Shown: positions 1-14,783, counted from the first letter of the whole stretch. The stretch is DNA of 63,826 bases, filler included, from Bigelowiella natans CCMP2755 (GCA_000320545.1; 7 parts of 7 records of this genome joined end to end with filler, not necessarily neighbours in it); one strand, 5' to 3'. Notes: a model not told the origin generated them from the sequence alone. Program-made: numbers and translations.

Positions 1-58
1 TATCTAATCTCGATGAGAAATACAATCGGAAAACAAACACATACAGACACAAACACAC

Positions 59-90
<32 letters not shown>

Positions 91-347
91 CAATATATAA
101 TATGATATCAATATATATTTCTACATTAAGCATATGTTTATTTTTGTGCTTTTAATGTGATGATTTGTAGTGCTCGATGCTGCGGATTTGGTACCATCGG
201 AGACCCCTTCCTCGCGTGCATAGAAATGCAGGAATCTTCGCATATTTTCCTGACGGTCTTTTCCCTGAATTGTTTCAATGAAAAGAGAGAAGATAACAGA
301 TATGTTCGATGGCGATGCTCCTCCCAGAATACCCTGCCTTCTTAATG

Positions 348-388
<41 letters not shown>

Positions 389-699
389 ATATATATAATA
401 TTGTTAACTCGTAAACATTATGTGTTGTGATTATGTAGCGTGGTATTAATGACCGGCTGTTTGCGGAAGAGCTTCATGATATCGTAGCCCCTTATTGTAT
501 GAAATGACATATTAATTTCTGTTTACAAGAATTCTAAATTTCTATTGTTGTTGTGGACCCATGCCCGCGTATATGTAACTTTCGCGTTATGAGCGTTCTT
601 TGACATCTTTCTATAGAGCTCTCGCTCTCTCTCTCTCTCCTTTTCCGCCTCTCTCATAGTCGGTAAAGAAGGTGTTGTTGCGTGTGTTGGCGCTGCGCT

Positions 700-1299
700 C
701 ACCTGTAGTTGGGTCCAGATAGCTCGAAATCTATCAACGATATCATCGCTGTCGTTGCGTTGTCTTCTGCAGCACTTCCTCCACCCCCTTCATATATCAT
801 CACATTTGCCGGTTTGAGATCCCCATGGGCTAGCACAACTGTAAGTTATGTTTCGTTGTCAGTGTATGAAACCAAGTATTCACAATGTGTATGATGATAT
901 ATAGAACCAACACGCACACGCACGTACATTATACCAATATAAACGAGCATGTTGATCATAGAATAAAGTATTTCATTATAGAATAGCCTCTCATATTCAT
1001 ACACACGCGCGAGTGCGTAGGTTTGATGGTGGCTGGTGTTAAGCTAAGTATTGCTCCGTCTTAGCCAAAAACTATCCAAGTAAAATTTAAAAAATAAATA
1101 AAATTTTATAAATGTATAATGCAAAGTATACCTGGAAGTTGGTGTTTTGTGAGAACCTTCTTGCAGAATCCAATCTCTTCTTCAAGACGTGCGTATTCCA
1201 TGAAATGCGGAAAGATGGAGGACTCGCCATTCTGAGAACATGCGGTCGGAAGTAAGCAGTCTTAATACAGAGCAACGGAGGGGAGCGCGAGTCTGGGAT

Positions 1300-1352
<53 letters not shown>

Positions 1353-1369
1353 TTCTTATGTGTATGTGT

Positions 1370-1410
<41 letters not shown>

Positions 1411-2244
1411 GTAACACAAGCTTGCTCAAAAACCTTCTCGGTGTCCTTCTCTGCTGCTTCTAAAGTCCGTATCTCCCTAAGCATGCTATGTAACAACGGC
1501 GCTCACTCATTTACAGCAGCGCATTGTGCGTGTATGTGTTTGGGGTGTATATCATTGAGTGAGTGCCCACACCACAGAGAGTCTAACAATGGATCGTAAT
1601 AATCGGCCAAAGAGGATGTAGAAAACAGGGGAAACGGTAATGCGTATTATCATCATATTTTCATGGTGATCTAACGTCCAATACCTATCGAGAAAGCTCC
1701 ATATGAGGGCCTCTTCGGGGTGGTAAAAGACGGCAGGGATATCCGAGGAGTGAAGGCGAGAAATCTGTGAAGATGAATGCCATCAAGGAGCATGCTATTT
1801 ATGATGGATAATGGCAATAGTTATGAATAGAGGACTCCCCCCCCCCTTCTTTCTATCTATTCCCTTTCTCTACGTGTGCGTATGTGTGTGTGTGTGTGTG
1901 TGTGAATGTGTGGGGAGGGTGGGGGGAGACAATATATCGTCGATGAAAAGTTGAAGAAATCCACGCAACGTCAAACACTCCATGTATCATCACTTTCGAA
2001 ACGATGGGTCATTTACAACGCACACACCTTTTTAGCTACTTCTGATAACGACCGATTGGAAGAGATGTAGAGATCAGCATCCTCTGCTGTTCTTCCTGTT
2101 TTATTTATTATCACCACATGAGCAAGGAGCACACATGGCATTCAATGTACATCTCGCTCGATGGTCTCTCCTTTCGTGTTTCGGAGAGATAGAAAGCATT
2201 GAAGATCACACATTTGTAAGAAAATGGAGGAAATCGCACGCATG

Positions 2245-2304
<60 letters not shown>

Positions 2305-2349
2305 GAGTATTTTTATAATATGCTTAAATTTGTGTATTCATTATATAAT

Positions 2350-2386
<37 letters not shown>

Positions 2387-3078
2387 TGGGTAGTACTCAC
2401 CCGGAATGAACTCGTGAATGATGCCGATTTCGCTCTCAAACACAACCTACCACACAAGCAAACTGCTTTGTAAAACGAGTAGGTCAATGCTGCTGCTCCC
2501 GCCTGTGCTTTGGGCTGATATCCAATGCAAGCATGCATGGAAGATGAACTCCATTCGTATACGCATGAATAGGTCAAGATACGTGTTATGAAGGAACTAA
2601 TCGATGCATCTAGCAGCTTGTGAGGGACCATGCTGCAGCCCTCCCATTGCAATTCATCAGTAAGTAGAATTGCAAGATTGAGTGTGTTTCCAACCTTCGG
2701 CCCCAGTCCTTTTGCAGACGCTAATCTGTCAACGATCTACGCCCCCATAGAGCACCAACATAAGAGCAAGAAGAGGAGGAGGTGGTGGAGGAGGAGGAGG
2801 AGAATGTAAGAGAGAAATCATCCTTTTCACATTTTGGAACAGGAGTGTTTTGCATGTGTGCGTGTGTGTGCTGAATGATGAATGTGTTTGCTATGCTCGA
2901 GGTATTGCCCATGGCGATGCTCGCTGCGTCATTGTGTAAAGCGGATTTCAATTAAACGTATCCATCAACTATCACGTTCATGTATTCTCGGAAAGAGAGG
3001 CGTGTTGTCTTAGTCGCTGCCTATCCTTCATACTCGTCTTCTTCCCTCTTCTCCTCTCTCTCTCTCTCTCTCTCTCTC

Positions 3079-3116
<38 letters not shown>

Positions 3117-3589
3117 TCTCTCATTTTCTCATGTGTGCCATGTTCTTCTTAATGTGCTTATCCTACAAGATATGCACTACTCACCCCCCACGTGGAGACA
3201 TTCGTCCTCATCGCATGCAGTGGACTATAAACCTTCGGGGTTAGGTGATTTCAATTTACGGTGAATGATCATTACCTTGCTAGATCATAGCCGGTATAAG
3301 TAATCTCTTTTATGGCGCACTTGCTATTTTAACAAAAGCGGTGCTCGTGAAAGCGGCGCTGTGCGTCTGGCTGACCTTCGTTACAACCGAAGATTTTTGG
3401 AGAAGACTTTCACCCTCCTCACTCGATGATCCAGAATGCCCACCATTGATGCTGCTACTACTACTGCTACTACTACTACTACCACTGGCGTTTATGCATT
3501 GTGGAATGACGAGCCAAACGTAGTTGCAGAAACCCTAGAAGGATACGATGATAATTAAGATACCTTATGCACCCCTTCCTCTTTCTTCT

Positions 3590-3630
<41 letters not shown>

Positions 3631-4632
3631 TCCCTCTCCCTCTCTTCCTCTCTCTCTCTCTCTTCCTCTCATCTTACGACTCTGTCTTTCAATTTTGTTT
3701 TTTAAAAAAATACGAATGCATACATGAGTCATTATTGTCTGCTCTACTAGCTGGGAAGTTGTTTGGGAAGATTGTATTTTCGGCTTTGGTGTTTTCCTCC
3801 GCCCCTCTCGGAACTCGGCATGCAGGTCAGCAGCATCACCTGAGACATCTTCATCGTCTTTGCTGGTTTCATTCCCGGGGGGCAGATATTAGATTGATGT
3901 AGGAGTTTGGCTAGACCCCCTTGTGCGTCCTCGAAAGAGCCAGTGTAGCGATCTCCAAGATCCACGTTGGCATCCCCCTCAACAGCGCCAACGCGAAGTC
4001 TCTGTGTTTCTGTTCGGAAAGAGGGGGATGGGGGGGAGAGGTGATAAAAAGGATGTTGAGACAATCATATTCCTGTAAATCTATAAATAGGACTTGGAAG
4101 GCCGTGCTGACGACGATGGTGTTTTGTAAATTGACGAGTATTCAGCCGTCTCTCTTTCTTAATCACACTCCTGTTTGTCTCATATATTTTCCTCTATCTC
4201 TCTGTGAATCCCTTTCTCTATACATCTCTGCTTCTCTCTGTGTGCGTGTGTGCGCGCGTATTTGGTGCCTCCCATAAATCTTACCACGTGATATACTATT
4301 CAGTGCTATTCTCGCTCTCCCTCGAAGCTTCTGGATCCCAAGAACAGCAGAAATCCCATAGAAATTCCCCCGGCGATGAAAGAAGTTTCTTGGATTCCTA
4401 CTTTTACAACGACGTGGCAGTCCAGAATAACCTCGGTGGCGTATGCCGCTGAATCCGAGCCCCCTCCTTTCCTCGACGGGATCTGATGAGGAATTTTTTT
4501 ATCATTCGGTCTAGTACACGACAGTTCTGGTAGACCTTTTCCTATGTCAAATCTGGAGTACGCGAGCAGTACTACCCCCAATACTGTTGACCAGGATATA
4601 CAACCCCTGTGCGGCCCTCCTTGCCCTGCCAT
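700..4632 (-). CDS. Multi-exon gene of unknown function with hydrophobic N-terminus (3' end not resolved)
   Basis: ORF 4306-4632 starts MAGQGGPHRGCISWSTVLGVVLLAYS. Further GT-AG-bounded minus-strand exon candidates at ~3840-3990 (GAVEGDANVDLGDRYTGSFEDAQGG), 2401-2447 (VVFESEIGIIHEFIP) and ~1131-1270. No family recognised. Confidence 0.4.
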
Positions 4633-4639
4633 CGGATTG

Positions 4640-5300
4640 AGCTCCGAAGGGGGGGGGGATCGGCTGAGACTAATAGGACTTCGAAGTCTGTCGCTTAAAT
4701 TTTTAACAATTTTTTAATTTTAAAATATACTGTAATTATACAATGCGACAGAATAGTATTGGGTGAAAATACATTTTAAACAAATTTGACAATCTAACCA
4801 TCCATTTCACTAAATAGACTTAAATTCTTGATGTCGCTGCGGTATGAATATCATATTAGCGGACCATTTTTTGGTAAAATTACCAGTAAAATCAATTTTG
4901 TGTTAGGGTTCGTGGTGGTGTACAAAGTCGTAGTCCATGGTAGTCGACGACGACACTGATGATCCTTTTTGTTACGAGATTATTAGAGAACTTCTCGTGG
5001 TTTTTTTTGGAAAAAAACTTAATTTCTTCCACAATATCAAAGATTCCCTATAATACTAAAATACGTCAGTATATTTTCTTTGTCGTCGTAATACTTATTG
5101 GCAAACCCGCAAATTAAGGTCCAGAAAATAAACTCTTTAATGATATATTTTGGTGATTTTTTCACTTTGAAACATTTTTATCTGAGCATTTTGAATTTTA
5201 ATCCTTTATTTTGCTTATTTTAACATCTCGAAATGCATACAGTTTTATCTGGGAACTCTTAGCCCTTTTGCTGTCTAGAGTCAGACCAAACTTGCTTTGA
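4640..5300. promoter_or_regulatory. Putative bidirectional promoter (AT-rich, microsatellite-free) between divergent genes
   Basis: Compositionally distinct AT-rich stretch between a minus-strand start at 4632 and plus-strand exons beginning around 5300-5530. Confidence 0.35.
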
Positions 5301-6334
5301 AATGAAGTACGTATTTCTCCTAAAGTGTATGTGCGTCAACAATTTTGGAGTATTAAATTGAATTTTGGGATTGATTCTTACTTGTTGACTAAATATTTCG
5401 TATTTGTAAATTCTGAAATTGCCTGTTTCTCAAAACCTGTGAGAAGAGCACATTTACTGAACCCGCTCCCGCCTTCCCCCCCCCTGGTTGACACGTTCGA
5501 ACCGATTTTTTGGTTAAACGGGAATTAATTTGTAGTTTAATCGATATATCTGCGATGCGGAAGACTACAACTGGATTATGCAGGTCTGAGCTTACATGGC
5601 CATTTGTGGTGATCATCTGCCATTGCAACACATGAACTTCTCGGATATTATTATTTCAATGCAATCCATTCTGCATGATGAGCTAGAACAACAGCATATA
5701 AGCTTCCCATCGATCTAAACTCTCGATGCTGGTTTGATTTTCAAACACTTTGCTCAATGCAAATTATCTGTAGAAAATATTGGAAGATAATTTCGGATAT
5801 TTATATATATGTGTAGAGCGTGCTTTGCCATTTCTGTGTCCATTGCGGTGACACTGTTGGGGGCTATTCTATCCTCGAAGTCCTCAATTGGTATGGCCGC
5901 ATAAATTAATCGTCTTTGCTACTGAGGGGGGTTGGGGGGGGGGGGTGAGGGGGAGGCCTAACAAAGCTGAAGTGGAATGTAAGATTTCTGTGTTTGTAAC
6001 TCATCTACTATCTCTTCTCCCCCTTGTGGTGTTTTACTCATATGTTCTAGGAATCTCCCAGGGTTTCTCAACGTTAAATATGTCTCCAAGGGCTTCCTCA
6101 TCGGTACATTTGACGATGCTGTTTATTCAAAATGTCAACCGATGCTGCAGTGGTCATTGTGGAGCTTTGTTATCCATCTCCGCTTATTCTTATTGCCCTA
6201 ACCCCCCCACCCCCCTTTCCCTCTTTTACTACACCAAAGGTTATATCCTCGATAAACTTGCTACCGTTAGCGCCGCCACGCCGCTGTGTTACCTCTCGAA
6301 ACTCCGAAATTCCATTGTACGCAAAGAGCAACCG

Positions 6335-6386
<52 letters not shown>

Positions 6387-6904
6387 TCCTTTCTAATATT
6401 CTCCTCATTTCTCCTTTCGATCTCTTTCCTCTCGATTGCCATTGAGAAGTAATATGTTGAAATGTTGTAGGCGGAGGAGGAGAGAAGTGACGACGGACGC
6501 AAAGAAGAAAACGAAGGTCTGGGGAGCTCTACGACAGGTGCTAGGCTGGGATGTTGTAGTAGCATATTTATTTATGTGTGCTGTATAATACGCGTGACAT
6601 ATCGTTTACGTTATATGGTTTCTGTTAGTAGTCGATTAGTTTACGAAGAATACATGCATAAAATGAGCGCCTTGGCACAATCAAACAGCCGTCTGTATCC
6701 AATCATGAGGAAGCTTAATACGCGCCCTCCACTACCGTTGGCATGACTGCCTATATCGTACATTATCATTTTCATCATCATCATCTTCTTCTTCTTCATA
6801 TCTGTAAGTGTACGACTGATTTTTTGGCTTTATTCTGTTTGTTTTAACAAAAGGCAACTCGCGCTTCTCCCAGTAGCAAATGGATCCCAAGAACAGAAGA
6901 GTGA

Positions 6905-6942
<38 letters not shown>

Positions 6943-7766
6943 GTGTGTGTGTGTGTGTGTGTAGTAAGAGCTGAACGACAAAGATAATTGACAAAACACA
7001 CCGTATTTATCACCATTACTATTCCTCTTTTGGGTGTATCGATTACGTTCGGTTATCCGTCGTTTGGACGACGAATACTACTTCTCCCTCCCCCCTCCCG
7101 CTATTTGACCATGAATGTAACGCTACTACTGCCGCTAGGATGGACTTTCAAGTTATTGGAGACAGCGAGAAATTCACATCAGACGATGTAAGGAGAAGCA
7201 GCAAGATATGTGTTTACCATCTGTTTTCACGAAACATGGCAATACATATACAATTTAATAGTTTAAGTATGTATGATAGTAGAGTAAATATCCCTACTTT
7301 TCACTGGCACGCGTATTAGTAGCAAATCAATCTAAATTCTGCTTTTTCGATATAATTATATCCTGCTCTTTCCGGTGGTAAACGTAACATACATGCTACA
7401 TTAGTGCCGACATTGCGTGTATATTATGTGTTTATGTGCTGGTGTGTATATAATATATCTTCCCTCCCACCGGATCTGACTTCTCTCAGGTTGTAAACTT
7501 CATCAAAGATTGGTTTGCTCGTTATCCAGACAGGTATCATCAGCTATCATTTCCAAGGAAATAACAAAACGATGTTTGGCCTCTCTATGTTCCCATGTTT
7601 AATACCCATTTTCGCGCACTCGATTCTCCCCTCATCATTCCATATCATATGGACGATGTCAGCGAAGTGCATATCGGTGCTGATAGCAAGAAGCGAGGAG
7701 GTAACACGGCCTATGTGGTTGGGGTCTGCTTATATCACAAGGTGTGTTATTAGTGACGATGATGAT

Positions 7767-7797
<31 letters not shown>

Positions 7798-7927
7798 TAT
7801 GACCACACTCTCCTTTTCCCAGTAGCATTTCACGTCGATAATAGTAGCACCAAACTGTTTTTTTTTAATTCCAAGTAGGCGGGGGGTAGGAGGGGGGATT
7901 GCAATGCTAGAGGGAGAGGAAAAAGTG

Positions 7928-7972
<45 letters not shown>

Positions 7973-8513
7973 ACTTTTTGGTGAGATTGCTTAGCTGAAA
8001 AGGCGGTATGCAGTATAGACCGCTCTCTATTTCTATGATACTACTAAGTAAACTTGGCGCTGATGTGTGATTTCTTCATCTTGTTGTTCGGTGTCTACCC
8101 CCACCCCGTCGTCGTCGATAATAACAGGGGCAAGGTGGAACGGTGCTCTATCACAGAAAGGTATTTTCCATAGCAGCCAGATGTAGTGATTGCTATATCC
8201 GATGAGTTGTGGTAGTTTTGTATCTCGTGGCGTTAATACTATGCGCAGAAGCTATAGCAGCACAGACGCGCCAAACATTCATACATTTTGTCAATATGCT
8301 GGGCGCTACCTAAGTTTTCTTGGAAATTCTAACCCCCTCCCCCCCCCTCCCCTCATTTAGGTTGTGCCTTCAGCCGGCAGCAATTTGGAGAGGTTTGTCG
8401 AGGAGGAGGAGGAGGAGGAGGAGGAGGAGGGAGGGGGAGAGATTATGAGCAGCTACAACACGGCACACTGTCTTAGAGAGAGAATGTCTGTGTGTGCGCG
8501 CGCGCGTGCGCGT

Positions 8514-8556
<43 letters not shown>

Positions 8557-8658
8557 TGTGTGTCAGTGCGTGTGTGTGAGAGTGTGTGCGTGTGGGAGTG
8601 GTAACTGCCGCCCGTGACATCTGATCAGTATTCGTTTAGGCTAGTGATTTGAGCTGGA
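5300..8658 (+). CDS. Multi-exon gene of unknown function, truncated by linker
   Basis: Series of short AG...GT-bounded plus-strand segments: ~5535-5583 (FNRYICDAEDYNWIMQ), ~5817-5890 (hydrophobic ACFAISVSIAVTLLGAILSS), ~6471-6537, ~7139-7187, ~8129-8160, ~8361-8392. Confidence 0.4.
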
Positions 8659-8758
8659 NNNNNNNNNNNNNNNNNNNNNNNNNNNNNNNNNNNNNNNNNN
8701 NNTTAATTAATTAANNNNNNNNNNNNNNNNNNNNNNNNNNNNNNNNNNNNNNNNNNNN
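8659..8758. other. Artificial contig linker N44-TTAATTAATTAA-N44
   Basis: Identical 100-nt spacer with stops in all six frames, seen six times in the window. Confidence 0.97.
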
Positions 8759-8913
<155 letters not shown>

Positions 8914-9499
8914 GGGAGAGAAGAGACTAAGAGAGAAAACTATGCATGGATAGATGCAGCCTACTCAGAACAATATTCAAAAATTCAAAAGGTTACATTA
9001 AAAAAAATAATCTATATTATGTACGCAGTTCCATTCCTTCCTTGCATTGCCGCGGTGGGGAGAGAGAATGATAATATCATAATTCAAATACATACGCATG
9101 ATCTTACATCCACGAATATCCGCGGTGCTTTTGCCTCCCTCTTTATCGCCGCTGCCCAAGCAAACAAGATGCTATTTTATTAAAGGCTTCATTCCGTGGG
9201 GGGAGATGGGGCTGGGGGATTCGATTGGTTTGTGCATATATAAGTATTACAGGGAGCCTCGATGTCCTTTGCTTCATCTCGCTCTACATGATTATAAGCA
9301 CAGCAATATTAAAAAAGAAACAAGCCTTGTGGCGTGGTGAGAATGGGATGGAATTTCAATTGTTTAGGTGCGGGTGGGGGGAGGACTCAGGGCCACGTCG
9401 ATTTTTATTCGTTTTCCTCCGATGTAAATGCCGCTGCTGCTCCTGAGATTGATCATAAATTAACAACTTATTTTATAATTTCTACAACAGCTGCTATTA

Positions 9500-10012
9500 T
9501 ATTTATAAGTGAGAACCGCATCAGTTGCAAAGCTATCACGTATCCTTCCGGAAGTTGGAAAAAACCACACCCAACGGCAGGGGTTCCATGTTATGCGACC
9601 TGGAGGAGTTTACAGCTTCGCGCACTGCATCCTCCGTTCGAAAGTAGAGGAATGCCGATCCGCGAGGGGCTCTCTTCCTCTGATCGTATTGAATAAACAC
9701 CTTGCAGCGCGTACGCATGGACGCATATGCAAGAACTCATCTCAGATTAAGAGTCGCAAAATTGACAAAACTGCTCGAATTACTTTGTCTATGCGTGCCG
9801 AGAAGGCCTCCCGTATCTGTGTTTCTCGAGCTTCTTTCTGAGCGATGATAATGATGGTGTAGAAAAGGAGGAGGAGGAGGAGGAGGAGGAGGAGGAGGAG
9901 AGGAGGAAGAGTATGAAGGTTGGTCAGGTTTTGTGTAGTATATTGCGTTTGCTTTGTGCAATCCAACATCTTGCGCATACATGCAATGCATTCACGCATA
10001 CAATACACACAC

Positions 10013-10050
<38 letters not shown>

Positions 10051-10204
10051 GTCTTCTCCATATGAAATCGCGCCGGCGGAGAGATCCTATAATTTCTCTG
10101 TACGCAGCAACGTGAGGCTACAGCTACTTAGCACCGGTAGGCCCCTGATGAAGACGCATCTTTCCAAGCCGAAACCCTGGATTTTGCCCACATCCCCATT
10201 CTCT

Positions 10205-10242
<38 letters not shown>

Positions 10243-11159
10243 ATTCCTATTGCTCATACTCCTCATCTGGCCTCGCTTCATAGCTCGGGGAGAGATCGTT
10301 TCGCGGCGAATCACATCTTCATGACGGTACATTGTCCTAACTTCTCTCTTCTGCCGACGTTTGACCTGGCGCTTAAGCTTGCGCCGCGTCGCTTTGGAGA
10401 CAGCCTCGTCCTTAGACTTCCTGTTCTTACCTTTCGCTACCGAATCGGCACCATCCGCCTTCGCGCCCTCACGCGGTACTGGTTCCCCATCGGCCGGTGT
10501 TTCTGTCCTTTTTGGTTTCTTCGCAGAAGGCGTCGGGGCACTCGTGATGGCTTTGATTTGCTTCGTTCTACCCACCTTCGGCACCTCTTCGTCATCGCCC
10601 CCCCCTTGGTCTTGGTACTTCTTTCGAGACTCACGGCTCTTGACGCCCCCGCCTCGAAGCCGACCCAGCACCCTTCGATCTATACAAGATGCCCGCCAAT
10701 ACGCTGGCCAAAATTGCATACATCTCTCAGGCAATACATGCGCCACGGCATCATGCCGTTGTCGAGTGCTCAATGCGAGGTGTGAGGTGGGTTGGTTACG
10801 CGACTTTGGGGGGTGTTTGGACGAGCTTCCCAGCCTGCTGGACTTAGCCGCTCATCGCACGACGACTGACAGGAGCTGGTGAAGGGGAATAAGGAGAGAA
10901 AAGGAGGATGAAGAATCCACTGAGAAGTCGCATCGATTGTAAAATAGAATTTCATGTTCTCTGTTGCTCACCGTGTTCCAAGCGGCGCAACCCCGAAAAG
11001 CCCCCATTCTCGCTGAAGGACCGAGAACCCCCTCCGCCACAGGCTATTGGGGGATGATTGATGATGAGGGCGCTGCTGAAGAGGGCTAGAAGGCGGTGGG
11101 GGGAGCACCAGGGCGGTGAGGAGGGACAGTCCCAGCCCTGGGCTCGGGCAGGAAGCCAT
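9500..11159 (-). CDS. Lys/Arg-rich protein with signal-peptide-like exon 1 and internal RLRGG motif (3' end uncertain)
   Basis: Exon 1 MASCPSPGLGLSLLTALVL... ends at a GTGAGC donor (~10971). Large exon in ORF 10087-10773 (...VLGRLRGGGVKSRESRKK...). Further exon near 9838-9780 (KEARETQIREAFSARIDK). Confidence 0.5.
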
Positions 11160-11673
11160 GCACGATTGTAGTCACGCTCTGTTGTCGATCACAACAACAA
11201 CAATAACAACAACTATTACAACACAACTCGCAACATTTTTTACTTCACAGATGTAATACGATGAACACCCATAATATTTGGCATTTTCCATGTAAATTTC
11301 AGAATTTACAAGGACACCAAAAATCAGCTAAACTTCAGACCGATAGGACGCCTGGCATCTTGGTCAACCCTAGCGCTTCTTCCTGTCCAAACACCCCCAG
11401 AGCAATATTTATTTTGGACAATATTTATAGCAAATTATAGGGGTGAATCATAGAAGTAGCATTCCTGACCCCGTTTCAAATTCGCGTGGCAGTTTTAAAC
11501 ATAGATGATACGGTAATATTTTCCATAATTTGTCATTTATCTGTGTCGTAGATTAAAATTAGATCGATTTTATTTAAATCATATTTTTCGAAGTAGTCTG
11601 TCTAGTCTGAAATAGCCAATCTGCTCATCGAACGTCGGGTAGAAAACATGGCTGCTTGCCAGCGGTAGCAGCT

Positions 11674-12341
11674 ATGAAGGATTCCCCAGTGTGGAAGGGG
11701 AGGGTACGACGACGGAGCTGCGGCCGACGCATCGCCTGGATCTTTCTCGCTCTCCTTGGCGCGGTTGTGACTTCGAGGATAAAACGGTGCGCTGTTGTGT
11801 TCCCCCGATTTGAACATCTGCAGTAGCAAACTGGGGAGTTCAAGCACGGAGTATCCTATGTTATATTTGTGCGCGGAAGGATATTCTTCTTCATCTCACC
11901 ATCCTCTGCACCCGCCCCCCTTCTCTTTTCTTGTTCAGCATGCGCGAGGGAGGCTATGGAGGAGCCGGCAGCTTAGCTGCCAAATTCGTATACCACTGCG
12001 CCAAGGTGTGGACAGGGATGCAGCGGGGGGGGGGGGGGGCGAGGGCTGCTATTACTGCGTCTATTCTAACGATGGTGAGAGAAATATGATAACCCGCCAA
12101 TTATAGAATAAAAGATCCCTCAATAGTGTATAAGGCGGTGCGTTTTATTCGCGTTTTATTCAATTCCATGCTATTATCGGACTTGGAGGTCTTGATGGCT
12201 CTTGCTTCCTCACATGGTTGCTTGTTTGTTGGCACTTTGCTGCTGCCGCTAGGATTATGATGGGTATCGACTCACGTACAGGGGGTTGGACGCCCTTGCC
12301 ATCCTCACGTTGGTATGCTATGTGCGCAACATGCGTAGATA

Positions 12342-12382
<41 letters not shown>

Positions 12383-12398
12383 ATGTTTACTACCGTTG

Positions 12399-12437
<39 letters not shown>

Positions 12438-13198
12438 TAGATGCTGAGTACTAGTCTCCCATTCTTCTCCTTTCATGTTTGCCCCTCGTACCGCTTGCTT
12501 ACGGCCCTCCCCTCCTTGACTCTTGCTTGATTTTTCATCGTCGTCTGTCCCTCGATTCACGCCGAAGCCGTGTGTGTTCCTAATCGTTAAAAAAACAGAA
12601 GAGCAATTGGCTGCTCGTGTCTAAAATAGCTGCCTCCAAAGGTCGCTATATCACACGAGTAAAATAAAACAAATAAATATATATATATATATAATATATA
12701 TATTTAAAGTGTATGCGTGGACGCCACATATTCAATGCAATCACTCTACTTTCCTCATCAGAATTTCGTAATATCCGCGCCTTGTATGGATGCGACTTCC
12801 CTGTACCCCAGCCCATCGATCATAATCGGTATGTATGTGGAGGCTGAACGTAATGGGAGGGAGAGGAGGAGGAGAAGGAAGAAGAAGAAGAAAGGGTAGG
12901 AGGGGGAAAGGAATATAGTCTTTATTATTAGAAAACACGTGTGTAGCTACTGTTTTATAAACTTGTTTCTCATGCGGTTATATCTACAAGTGTGTGTTTG
13001 TGCGTGTGTGTGTGTGTGTGTGTGTTTGTACTTGTTCCACTGATTCTTTCTTCGGCTGAGCAGGCACATCGTCGTGATGGAGTATAAGGTAAGGAAGGAG
13101 GAGGCACGTAGAAACAATTTAACATCAAACTGCACTCACACAAATAGTATACATATTACATACATTTTCTATATTTTAATAATATAGGAGAGATAGAA

Positions 13199-13238
<40 letters not shown>

Positions 13239-14712
13239 CTTGAGCACTTTTTGGTCTACACAACAGGCAGAGAAGCTTTTGAACAATGTCGCCTCCCTGA
13301 GGCGCCCACAGCGGACGTAATTCCAACCTAGTGAACAGATATATAGAGATATATTTTGTGAATGGAGATCTTGCAATATCTCCTGAGAGCCGCCCCAAAA
13401 AGGATGGCGGGAGGAGGGGGGGGGGGGGGGGGAGGGGTTATGGTAAATGTATTAACTACCTGTTGCTCTTTCCAGATTTGGAATTATCATGGAAATCGTA
13501 AGAAAGTTTTTAGCTCATGGGTTGATTCACGGAGACCTGAACGAATTCAATCTGGTAGTGGTAGTAGTAGTAGTTGTTGTAGTAGTAGTAGTCGTCGTCG
13601 TCATCGTCGTCATCGTCGTTATGCCCAACATCGCCTCTCATACAAAGCAGCGGCACGTAGTGCCGCAGCAAGTTGATGGATGCTAGAGCTGTTGTGTGTT
13701 TTGCGAAACAAACGAATGAATCAATGAAGAGGGTCTCCTCCTTCTCCTTCTTCTTCTTCTTCTTCTTCTTCTTCTTCTTCCTGTGCTTATGTGTTTCGAT
13801 GGTGCTGCTGTTTGAAGCTGATAGAGCCTCGGAGCGGCAACGTGACCGTGATCGACTTCCCACAGATGATTTCCAAGCAGCATTCAGAGGTAGCGGTTTG
13901 CTGTGCGTATGATGCGAGGTTGCAGCGATTTCTCCCTCTTCTCCGTGCAGCACCGACCCACGAAATTTGGGAGATGGTTGCTCGCACTCGACGCAAAGGA
14001 CGCATGTATTCGCCGCGCTGACGAGCTGTGGGTGCTGTCGTGCAGCTCGCCAAAGCGCTGCCAAAGTGTTGCCATCATGCGACTCGCGGCCTCGCTCAGT
14101 GAGAGCGCCCTCCCTCCCTCCCTCCCCTCCCTCCGCAATGAGCGATGGTGCTGAGTGACTGCTGTATCATGTCAGGCCGCAGAGTGGCTCTCACGCGACG
14201 TGGACTGCGTGGTGAAATTCTTCAAAAAACGCTTCGGAAAGTAAGCATAGCACTTGCCGTTGGGCGGAGGGGGGGGGGGAGGGGGGTAATAGTTATACAC
14301 AAAACAAACACACGCATTCAAGTACACATACACACACACACACACACACATATACACATACACATACACATATGCATGCACGTTTTGCGGTTTTTGGATG
14401 ACAGAGAGTACAACGCGACCATCGATCTTGAGCAAAGTGAGGTCGATACAGGAGAGGACCCAGCTGCTGCTAAAGCTCAACGACTCGACCGCCAATTGAG
14501 AGTACGTGCTAGTAGAAACAGCTTTCGTAGGAGATAGATCGGTTTAGATTGCTTTGACAATGCCAGTATGCTGCTTTGTCGTCACCATCCATCATACATC
14601 GCTCATCACTCATCGTGAGAAAGAACAACTAACTATGTGCAATTACCACGGCTGAAAGGTCTCCGGCTGCTATGGCGACGACCATCAAAGTGCGGCTTAT
14701 GAAAGGTGAAGT

Positions 14713-14744
<32 letters not shown>

Positions 14745-14752
14745 TAGAGAGT

Positions 14753-14783
<31 letters not shown>

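Noticed and set aside
4333-6896. Shared 15-mer GGATCCCAAGAACAG at ~4333 and ~6882
   Set aside because: An isolated 15-mer match is expected by chance in 64 kb and does not extend.
8659-8758. Repeated TTAATTAATTAA palindrome inside N runs (six copies)
   Set aside because: Artificial six-frame-stop linker; genes are cut at these points and do not continue across.
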